From: Patescibacteria group bacterium
GTDB taxonomy: Bacteria > Patescibacteriota > Minisyncoccia > Ryanbacterales > GWA2-47-10b
Assembly (NCBI GenBank): GCA_038064855.1
Contig: JBBTSE010000007.1
Location: 87,699-151,698 of the forward strand
Length of the DNA stretch: 64,000 nucleotides
Reading direction: 5' to 3'
Position numbers and translations under genes: made by a program. Within the stretch, counting starts at the first letter, position 1, and every line of letters starts with the position of its first letter. Below the pieces are notes generated by a model that saw only the letters and a program-made list of their open reading frames with translations, did no database searches and had not been told where the DNA came from. This document shows positions 57,149 to 64,000 of this stretch, in pieces.

Positions 57149-57637
57149 GTGGAAAATACGAAGAAGCAGATTCTCGGTTGCGTTATCAAGGAGATCGCCA
57201 AGCAAACTGAGAACATGGAGCGCGGTCAACAGGGAGCTATCGAGGAGTCCAAGGCTCACAAAGGCGCGATGGCTTCCCGATATGACACCTTCAAAGAAGA
57301 AGCTCAGTACTTGGCTGGTGGTTTTGCCGCCAGAATCCAAGAACTGTCCTTACAGCTTGCCGCGTTGAAATCCATGCAAATGCGGCTTGCTGTAAACAAT
57401 AAAGTTTCGAGCGGCGCAATCGTCGAAATCGAAGATGTCGATACGGGCGTGAGAACGAAATATTTCCTGCTTCCCGTGGGAGGTGGGAATATCTACGAGG
57501 TGAATGGGAAGCCCTACTCAACACTGACAATCCGAGCGCCGCTCGCGCGCGCCCTGTTTGGCAAGACCGAAGGAGACGAGGTAGAAATTATAATCCAGGG
57601 GACGACAAAGCGCCTGCTTATCGTCTCTGTATCCTGA
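57149..57637 (+). CDS. GreA/GreB-family paralog lacking acidic catalytic tip (Gfh1/Rnk-like)
   Basis: C-terminal FKBP-like domain RAPLARALFGKTEGDEVEI resembles GreA SPxxRALLGKxxGDxV; coiled-coil tip reads GAMASRYDT instead of GDLSENAEY. Confidence 0.55.
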   Translation: MENTKKQILGCVIKEIAKQTENMERGQQGAIEESKAHKGAMASRYDTFKEEAQYLAGGFAARIQELSLQLAALKSMQMRLAVNNKVSSGAIVEIEDVDTGVRTKYFLLPVGGGNIYEVNGKPYSTLTIRAPLARALFGKTEGDEVEIIIQGTTKRLLIVSVS

Positions 57638-57648
57638 AGGAAGCTAAA

Positions 57649-58215
57649 GTGAAAAACACTAGTGTCTTCATCACCATCGACGGAGTCGATGGTGTCGGAA
57701 AGACCACGGTGGCGCATCTTTTGGCCTCCGATGGTATATTCCACTACTATAAGTCGCCGGCTGGGCCATTCGCTCAGCTTAGGAAAGAAGTTGACAACCA
57801 CGCAACACCAATTGAGCGGTACTGCTTCTATCGAACAGCGACACAGTATGACTCAACCAAGATCGGCCAGCTACTGGAGAGAACTTCGGTAGTGTGTGAC
57901 CGCTACATCACATCCACAGCTGCCTACCATATCGCTATGGACGCAAGGATTCGAGTCGTTCATAACGATGAGGGGCTACTCAAGCCACACTTCGCGTTTT
58001 TGCTCGGTGCCCGTTCCGAAGTCCGCGACAAACGGATACTTGAACGTGCGGAACTATTGAGTGACGCAAAACTTGAAGGAGACAGCGCACTGCTTGATCG
58101 GGTCGCTCAAATCTTCATGTCGTTTGGTCTGATCTACATTGATACCAGCGACATCACCGCGGAGAAGGTAGCCATAGAAATCAAACGCATTGTTTCGCGG
58201 GGAGGACGAACATGA
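57649..58215 (+). CDS. thymidylate-kinase-like P-loop nucleotide kinase
   Basis: FITIDGVDGVGKTT Walker A, DRYITSTAAYH (Tmk DRY/lid region) similarity; 188 aa. Confidence 0.6.
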   Translation: MKNTSVFITIDGVDGVGKTTVAHLLASDGIFHYYKSPAGPFAQLRKEVDNHATPIERYCFYRTATQYDSTKIGQLLERTSVVCDRYITSTAAYHIAMDARIRVVHNDEGLLKPHFAFLLGARSEVRDKRILERAELLSDAKLEGDSALLDRVAQIFMSFGLIYIDTSDITAEKVAIEIKRIVSRGGRT

Positions 58216-59210
58216 ATATTAAACCTCTCTCATATGCTCATATCATATCTATCGCTGACGCGTGGCGTGATATGGGGGGTAATGCCGAAGTGGAAATCGG
58301 TGCGCTTGAACCGCTTTTGTGGCGGGATGGGCAATACCGTATCCACGACGTCATCGGCATACTTACAGAACGTGGTTTCAAGGTCTCGATGACCACCAAC
58401 GGTCAACTGCTAGACGTCTTCGCAGAAAACTTGAGCCGTGCTGGTCTGTCGCTCATACGGACAAGTTGGCACTCAACCGATCCATTGATGTTCAAAGAAA
58501 TCTCCGGAGGTTATGGCGATTATGCTCGGTTTATGCGTGGAGTAACACTCGCGCTTGAATCAGGCATCAAGGTCGCTTTCAACCGAGTCCTCTTCAGAGG
58601 GTATACGGATGATATCTCGGAACAACTGACGTTTGTCGAACGCTACAAAAGCCGACTCAAGCTATATACCCTCATGTGGACACCGCAAAGCGCGTCTACA
58701 CACAAGAAGTTCTATCAAGACTGGCGTCCAGTGGTGCGAACATCGGTATTGCCACGCACCATTCAGATTGTCAGAGTGAAAAAGCAACTCGGGCGCGGTC
58801 GTCTTCGGTTCCATTTGGCTGCCGGCGGATCTGTTGAGGTAAAGTTGGGAGACGCGCTGGATCGTAGTATTAACCCCTGCTCGTCGTGTTCATTTAAAGA
58901 TGAATGTGAAGAGGGGTTCGGTGACTATATTCGGGTTGACCCACGACTACATCTCTACTTCTGCTACATGCGTAGGGATATCGGTTTCCAAATACCCGAG
59001 TATTTCGGAAGACCGGAGAATCTGAAGCAGAAGTTGCAAGAGGTGCTTGGGGATACGAATGTCAAGAATCTCCTTGCGACTGCACCTTTACGTCTCACTG
59101 TGACACCGTTCTGCAACTTCAACTGCAGATCGCCTGGAGAAGAGCGGGGGTGGTGCATGGAGGAACCGGGTGAATATGCTTATCCGAAAATCCGCCCTTC
59201 TCTCCTGTAG
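58212..59210 (+). CDS. MoaA-like radical-SAM-fold protein, apparently circularly permuted (Cys-loop strand at C-terminus)
   Basis: N-terminus aligns to MoaA region after the cluster loop (…EVEIGALEPLLWRDG ~ LTGGEPSLRRD; SMTTNGQLL ~ TTNG; twitch-like CSSCSFKDEC…FCYMRRD); C-terminal 80 aa resemble MoaA N-terminus (EYFGRP ~ DNFGRKI; LRLTVTPFCNFNCRSP ~ LRISVTDRCNFRCTYC) with third Cys displaced (C-x3-C-x9-C); 4-nt overlap with kinase gene. Confidence 0.5.
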   Translation: MNIKPLSYAHIISIADAWRDMGGNAEVEIGALEPLLWRDGQYRIHDVIGILTERGFKVSMTTNGQLLDVFAENLSRAGLSLIRTSWHSTDPLMFKEISGGYGDYARFMRGVTLALESGIKVAFNRVLFRGYTDDISEQLTFVERYKSRLKLYTLMWTPQSASTHKKFYQDWRPVVRTSVLPRTIQIVRVKKQLGRGRLRFHLAAGGSVEVKLGDALDRSINPCSSCSFKDECEEGFGDYIRVDPRLHLYFCYMRRDIGFQIPEYFGRPENLKQKLQEVLGDTNVKNLLATAPLRLTVTPFCNFNCRSPGEERGWCMEEPGEYAYPKIRPSLL

Positions 59211-59243
59211 TAAGAAAGTCTCGATGCCGTGTAAGTTTCAAAC

Positions 59244-59822
59244 TTATGCGGCCTTTTTCTTTGGTGGATTTGCAAACGTAATTTCCGGTAATTTGATTAT
59301 CGTGGTAGCAGGAATACCTAATTCTTTTTCGTATACAAGATCGATGCTTCCGAAAATAGCCTTTTCAAAATCAAAACCAAGCTCTTTCGAAACTCCTCGT
59401 ACTATTCCTTCCGTCCCTGCTTCTATCTCCACAAACGGGTTAAGACCTGGCCACGTATCAATGGTAACCTCTGATCTCTCACGCATCCATACTTCGCGCT
59501 TATTTTCTTGAGATGCTTTTGCAGGAATATTACATGCCTCAAAAAAAGCTGAGGCAGTCTCAAAATCATTCACAATAAGTTCGACTTCAAAAGTGTCATC
59601 AATGCCCGATCCGCGAACCTCTTTGACGGTCATGGTAATTTTATTGGATTCTTGTCGAACCCGCCCCCATTTATTTTTCCCAGGTGCAACGTGCGAAAAG
59701 TCAAAGGTTTTTCTGCGCATCACATACTCCGGTATTTTCAATTCAAAGCCTATCTCTTTTAACTTAGCGCGAACTAAATCTTTATTAATTGAAAGAAATT
59801 TTGCCTCAATTTCATTTTGCAT
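59244..59822 (-). CDS. CYTH-domain protein (CyaB/class IV adenylyl cyclase or triphosphatase-like)
   Basis: N-terminal EIEAKF signature (ExExK) and overall ~190-aa CYTH beta-barrel pattern. Confidence 0.6.
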   Translation of the reverse strand: MQNEIEAKFLSINKDLVRAKLKEIGFELKIPEYVMRRKTFDFSHVAPGKNKWGRVRQESNKITMTVKEVRGSGIDDTFEVELIVNDFETASAFFEACNIPAKASQENKREVWMRERSEVTIDTWPGLNPFVEIEAGTEGIVRGVSKELGFDFEKAIFGSIDLVYEKELGIPATTIIKLPEITFANPPKKKAA

Positions 59823-59864
59823 AGCTATACCCTAACATAATCCTTTAATGAAAACCATATTGAT

Positions 59865-61460
59865 TTACTTTACCAACACAGACGCCTTTGCCTGAGAATC
59901 GGCGGCGATATATTTGGGTTTCATGCCTACTTTGAAGTATTTTTCGTCTTGGTAGGTGCGTAAAACAATGACGGGTCGAGTGCGTTTCTTGGTATTTTTT
60001 GAAGACATGTCGAGATATTCTAAATTGATGCGTTTCAACATTTGCACAACAGCATTTTCTAGCTCTTTTGCAAAAATCTTGCTCGGATGTACGCCTACGC
60101 GAAGCTCAATATTGATCTCAAAATATTCGTCCATATTTTTCAGATAGTGCTTGTGCATCACAAATTTGCCCGTGATTTTCTCCAAAAACGGTTTATGGTT
60201 GAGTGCGAGGTGAATATGCTCGGGGTAAATATTGGCGGCATAAAAAATCATCGTCTGGTCAGTGCGGCCGCCCAGCTTTACAAACGGCAATTGCCACATA
60301 AAATTGCGCGCGTCTTCTCGCACAAATTCACCGCGCCAGTTTTTGTGTGATGTATCGAGTGCTTCTGTCGCCTTACCAAACGGCACTACTGCTCCCCCAT
60401 CATGTAGGTTGTAGCGGATGAGCGGCAAACCGCTGGCTGATGTAAATACCAAACTTCCCTCTTCTGATTCAATCCAGCGCATCAGTGGGTTGTATTGGAA
60501 AATACTCGGCACCCAACGCGTGTCGGTAAGCTTTTTTTTGAAATCAACGCTCTTTTGCATGAAGTTGCGTACATATACCGAGAGTGGTGTCTCCCACGCC
60601 ATCAACAAAAGCTCTGATGAGCCGTAGGTACTGACAGCCGTACGCAGGCCAAAATCTTGACCTGATTCTTTGATGACATATTTGCGCCAGATTTCATTGA
60701 ACCCTTCGCTGCAAAACATAAAGCGCAATTTGGTCTTTGCCCAGCGAATCCCCTCGCGTCTACCGGTCTCAACGACATCTTTGATAAAAAATGGATGGCC
60801 TACGAGCACTATTTGATCATATTCGCTTTGCAAATTTTTAACAGTACGCAAGATCTCAGCTTTGTTGTTACCCGCGCTCACCACCGTCATATTGTACTGG
60901 GGTTTGTCAGCTACCATCATGCTCGGCATAAAAGTGGCGATGCCTGATACATACACACCCATAGGAAACCCAATCACCAGTAGCGTGCGATGCCGGTCGA
61001 TATCAAATGAGTAGCGATAAATAAGCTCATGGATGATAGCCGCCTCGTATTCTTGGTATGACCCGCGCGGCCAAAAAGTTGGCTCACCGGTAGTACCCGA
61101 GCTGACAGCGGCAATCTTGGCGCCTTCTACTTTGCCGTCCCAACTACGATCTTTGAGCGAGTAGGCGTTGATATAGTTGCGCTTGTCAGTAGTAGGTACG
61201 CGCGCAAAGTCTTTGATCGTGCGGATTTTGGCTGGATTGATTTTGTGTTTTTTCAAAAAGTCTTTGTAGGCAGGTACACGCTTTGCCGCCTCATGAAATA
61301 TCTGCAAGGCGCGGCGCTCCCCTGCGCGCACCCAAAATGATTCAGGTGCGGTCTCGAGTAAGCGCGCAAAAGCACTCGTATCAAACGAGGAAAATTCCGA
61401 AATCCAATTTTTCTTTTTGCGAAAGTCGAGCTTTTTGAGAATGTCAGACCCGCGTATCAT
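59865..61460 (-). CDS. adenylate-forming enzyme of PaaK/GH3-like (ANL superfamily)
   Basis: AMP-binding P-loop-like VSSGTTGEPTFWPR (cf. PaaK SSGTTGKPT), downstream YNLHDGG motif; 531 aa. Confidence 0.6.
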   Translation of the reverse strand: MIRGSDILKKLDFRKKKNWISEFSSFDTSAFARLLETAPESFWVRAGERRALQIFHEAAKRVPAYKDFLKKHKINPAKIRTIKDFARVPTTDKRNYINAYSLKDRSWDGKVEGAKIAAVSSGTTGEPTFWPRGSYQEYEAAIIHELIYRYSFDIDRHRTLLVIGFPMGVYVSGIATFMPSMMVADKPQYNMTVVSAGNNKAEILRTVKNLQSEYDQIVLVGHPFFIKDVVETGRREGIRWAKTKLRFMFCSEGFNEIWRKYVIKESGQDFGLRTAVSTYGSSELLLMAWETPLSVYVRNFMQKSVDFKKKLTDTRWVPSIFQYNPLMRWIESEEGSLVFTSASGLPLIRYNLHDGGAVVPFGKATEALDTSHKNWRGEFVREDARNFMWQLPFVKLGGRTDQTMIFYAANIYPEHIHLALNHKPFLEKITGKFVMHKHYLKNMDEYFEINIELRVGVHPSKIFAKELENAVVQMLKRINLEYLDMSSKNTKKRTRPVIVLRTYQDEKYFKVGMKPKYIAADSQAKASVLVK

Positions 61461-61466
61461 ACAAAA

Positions 61467-63032
61467 TTAGACGATAGTACGAAGTGGAGCAGTTGAGCGC
61501 GCCAGGCGCACGATACGAGGTAGCTCTGCGGTCAGTACGCGATCTTCAATAATCACGGGCATTTGTGTACGCACCGCGTCATACAGACTGCGTGAGGTGG
61601 TCGCAAGATCGTCTTGAATTTTCATAAAATCAACAGTTTGAGCGAGCGTAATCATCTCGATAGCCAATACCACAAATGCGTTGTCGATGACTTTTGCAGC
61701 CATGAGCGCGGCATCGGTACCCATACTCACTATATCTTGGTTGTCGCCATTGGTCGAGATTGAATGCACATTGTGCGGATATGCGAGTGTCTGATTTTGC
61801 GCGGTAGTCGAGGTAGCGACAAACTGTAAACCTTGGAGGCCAAGCGTAAGCCCCGGCTTTTTAAGATTCATAAATGGTGGGAAGGTCTTGTTGATCTTGT
61901 CATTGAGGAAAAAATTGGTACGACGCTCAGCGAGCATCGTGAGCTTGGCAATACCGGCTTTGAGCTGGTCAATAGCTACAGCAACATAATCACCATGAAA
62001 GTTACCGCCGTGTAAAAAGGCACCGCGCTCAACATCTACGATTGGGTTGTCAGTCACCGCGTTCATCTCAACCTCAACATCGCGCTTTACGCGCGCGAGA
62101 GTATCGAAGATGGGCCCGAGTACCTGTGGGATGCACCGGATAGAATATACTTGCTGTACTTCTTCGGGGATCTGATAGACGCTATGATTGACCTCAAACT
62201 TTTCTTGAAACTCGTGGCGGTCACGCAAAAGTTTTGATGAGCGCAAAATATCACGCATGAGTTTTGCTACCATCACCTGCCCCGCGTGTGGGCGGAGGTC
62301 GTGAAGTTTTTCTGAAATAGCGTCGCTAAAACCGTGTACAAGCTCGAGTGCGAATGCACCGTTTTTGATGGCGAGCGCCATAAGCTGTTCGGCCTCGCGG
62401 CAAAGTACCGCAGAGATACCGGCCATGACCGAGGTACCATTGATGAGCGCAAGACCTTCTTTTGGTTGGAGCTTATATTCACCAATACCCAGGCGCGCAA
62501 ATATATCAGCAGACTTTTCGCGCTTGCCTTCATACATCGCTTCGCCCTCACCAATGAGTGCGAGTGCGATATGTGCGAGCTGTACCAAGTCACCACTGGT
62601 ACCGACAGCGCCGTGCTCGGGTACTATCGGGATGATGCGCTTGTTGATCATCATGAGGAGGCGTTCGGCAAGCGCACGAGAAATACCCGAGTATCCTTTG
62701 ATGAGCGTATTGAGGCGCACGATCATCGAGGCGAGCACATACTCGTCACGAATAGGGCGGCCAATGCCTACCGCATGACTGCGCACGAGATTATACTGGA
62801 GTTCTTCGAGTTCGGTCGCGCCAATGATATACGAAGCCATAGGCCCAAAGCCGGTATTGATGCCGTAGATGACTTTCTTATCAAGCGAGCTATCGACAAA
62901 TGCCTTTGAACGCTCGATTTTAGCGAACGCTTGGTCAGCAATCTCAATAGTCACCTCGGAGTTAGCGAGGACTGCGTTGATATCGTCAATCGTCAGATTT
63001 TCACCAGTGAGTACGATGCGTCGTCCAGACAT
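61467..63032 (-). CDS. MIO-dependent ammonia-lyase/aminomutase (histidine ammonia-lyase-like)
   Basis: YGINTGFG, LVRSHAVGIG (HAL-type Ser-His), MIO-forming triad region GAVGTSGDLVQLAHIAL (Thr-Ser-Gly instead of Ala-Ser-Gly), NGT, DNP, GGNFHG motifs; no hutU/hutI/hutG neighbours. Confidence 0.8.
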   Translation of the reverse strand: MSGRRIVLTGENLTIDDINAVLANSEVTIEIADQAFAKIERSKAFVDSSLDKKVIYGINTGFGPMASYIIGATELEELQYNLVRSHAVGIGRPIRDEYVLASMIVRLNTLIKGYSGISRALAERLLMMINKRIIPIVPEHGAVGTSGDLVQLAHIALALIGEGEAMYEGKREKSADIFARLGIGEYKLQPKEGLALINGTSVMAGISAVLCREAEQLMALAIKNGAFALELVHGFSDAISEKLHDLRPHAGQVMVAKLMRDILRSSKLLRDRHEFQEKFEVNHSVYQIPEEVQQVYSIRCIPQVLGPIFDTLARVKRDVEVEMNAVTDNPIVDVERGAFLHGGNFHGDYVAVAIDQLKAGIAKLTMLAERRTNFFLNDKINKTFPPFMNLKKPGLTLGLQGLQFVATSTTAQNQTLAYPHNVHSISTNGDNQDIVSMGTDAALMAAKVIDNAFVVLAIEMITLAQTVDFMKIQDDLATTSRSLYDAVRTQMPVIIEDRVLTAELPRIVRLARSTAPLRTIV

Positions 63033-63109
63033 AGGGTTAAAATGCTTATCTGCGAGGCCTTTTTGGCCGTATATATTAATGGGCTTTACTATACACTATT
63101 TTTGCTATT

Positions 63110-63931
63110 TTGTCTAGTATGCCCGTTCACAAAGAAATACGGCACCTGCGCCATATTTTTGCCTATATCTATTGTACCACAACGCTTATAGCCCAAAGAC
63201 TCTATAGACTTTTGAAAAATGGATATCTTACTATATGCTTATCGATAGCTATGGCAGTTACCACCCTACACAAGAAAATTAAAGAAAGACACTTGATAGA
63301 AAAATTGCTCAAGATGGAAGGGCTTATCACTGATCAAGAAATAGTTGATCTTCTTTTGGTTTGGTGCGCGTTCAAGCCTACGGCAATGATTGAACTATCA
63401 TATTACCCGCGCTCGAAATTCTCTCGAAAGGACTTTCTGGAAAAAACTGGCGAGCTTGAAAAAATCTTTAAAAAAATAGGTTTTCATTATCAATTATATA
63501 TTAACCACCCAAAGAATAAAAAAGAGATTACACGTTATAGTTGCGTAGCAAGAAGTGAGAAAAAACTCAACGAGCTCCTCGCCGCATATTCTGAAAAAAA
63601 TATAAAAGTAAGACGCCTTAAACTTGGCGCATTGCTCGGCTACCCTGTAACGGCGGTGAGAGCCTTTGCAAACGGCACATCATTGCGTTTGGAGGATTTG
63701 CCTACAAGTATCTTGCGAAAAGACGAGTTAAAATTTCTAAACTTTCGATTATCAAAGCATTGGGACGCAGAGCTTGCGTATCTCAAGAGAAAAGCCGAAA
63801 CCATACGAAAAGTAGCCCCTGATTTTTTTACAAAAATCATCAATAAGCCCAAAAAGGTCTACAGCCCGAAGATTTTACGAAATCCGTCAGCTACTTCAAC
63901 TCGTTTTTCTGTTGCCTCGGGTGTGTTGTAG
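63110..63931 (+). CDS. hypothetical protein (AT-rich)
   Basis: 273-aa ORF, Lys-rich, no recognisable motif; likely real start at an internal Met. Confidence 0.3.
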   Translation: MSSMPVHKEIRHLRHIFAYIYCTTTLIAQRLYRLLKNGYLTICLSIAMAVTTLHKKIKERHLIEKLLKMEGLITDQEIVDLLLVWCAFKPTAMIELSYYPRSKFSRKDFLEKTGELEKIFKKIGFHYQLYINHPKNKKEITRYSCVARSEKKLNELLAAYSEKNIKVRRLKLGALLGYPVTAVRAFANGTSLRLEDLPTSILRKDELKFLNFRLSKHWDAELAYLKRKAETIRKVAPDFFTKIINKPKKVYSPKILRNPSATSTRFSVASGVL

Positions 63932-64000
63932 TTGGGTTCTAGCGGCGCATCGAGTGATACAATAGCGCGATTGTTCTCGAGTGGCTGATTATTTAAAATC

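Noticed and set aside
59130-59175. Frameshift explanation for the non-canonical CNFNCRSP...C motif of the radical-SAM-like ORF
   Set aside because: Reading the two alternative frames across this stretch yields no Cys-containing CxxxCxxC continuation. The ORF is continuous to its stop, so a simple indel does not restore a canonical motif.
1-64000. Integrases, transposases, rRNA genes, tmRNA/RNase P/SRP RNA, stop-codon recoding
   Set aside because: No ORF showed integrase/transposase motifs. No rRNA-like stretches were seen. Spacers inspected by eye showed no convincing tmRNA/RNase P/SRP signatures. Genes terminate at standard stops with TGA used as stop, so no evidence for UGA recoding.

Overview
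This 64 kb window looks like the chromosome of a small-genome, peptidoglycan-walled bacterium. Tight gene packing, a GAD-less AspRS, an INS-less ProRS, a giant proline-rich surface protein and two MreB paralogs point to a Patescibacteria/CPR-like lineage, but that is inference only.

Positions 1 to about 49.5 kb are mostly core genes:
- Cell wall and division: murC, murA, mreB (two copies), mreC, mreD, mrdA, and a split dcw cluster (mraZ-rsmH-ftsL-ftsI-murF on the + strand; mraY-[amidohydrolase]-murD-ftsW-murG on the - strand).
- Translation: frr, proS, lysS, cysS, gltX, aspS, rplU, rplI and rpmA, plus one tRNA-Glu(CUC).
- Other housekeeping: greA, rseP, dnaB, recR, rmuC, scpAB, pyrG, corA, ctpA and a P-type ATPase.

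The accessory content is:
1. A 4.5 kb gene for a 1503-aa secreted protein with polyproline linkers and internally repeated modules.
2. A roughly 450 bp AT-rich islet carrying a small HExxH (ImmA/IrrE-like) ORF. It is flanked by an imperfect ~75 bp direct duplication of the murF 3' end and sits right next to tRNA-Glu.
3. An AT-rich segment at about 35.3-36.2 kb, between a PD-(D/E)XK nuclease gene and a NUDIX gene, that is dense in palindromes.
4. A 3' accessory block at about 54.3-64 kb, described below.

The 3' block contains an orphan multi-TM histidine kinase, a tandem nitroreductase-fold protein, a Gre-factor paralog that lacks the acidic tip, and a thymidylate-kinase-like P-loop kinase. 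Next comes a MoaA-like radical-SAM-fold protein that appears circularly permuted (the Cys-loop strand sits at the C-terminus). It is followed by a CYTH domain protein, a PaaK/GH3-like adenylate-forming enzyme and an MIO-type histidine/aromatic ammonia-lyase with a Thr-Ser-Gly MIO triad.

I consider this last block the best candidate for an undescribed nucleotide or small-molecule modifying system, possibly defence-related. Its function cannot be assigned from sequence alone.

No CRISPR array, integrase, transposase or rRNA gene was seen.
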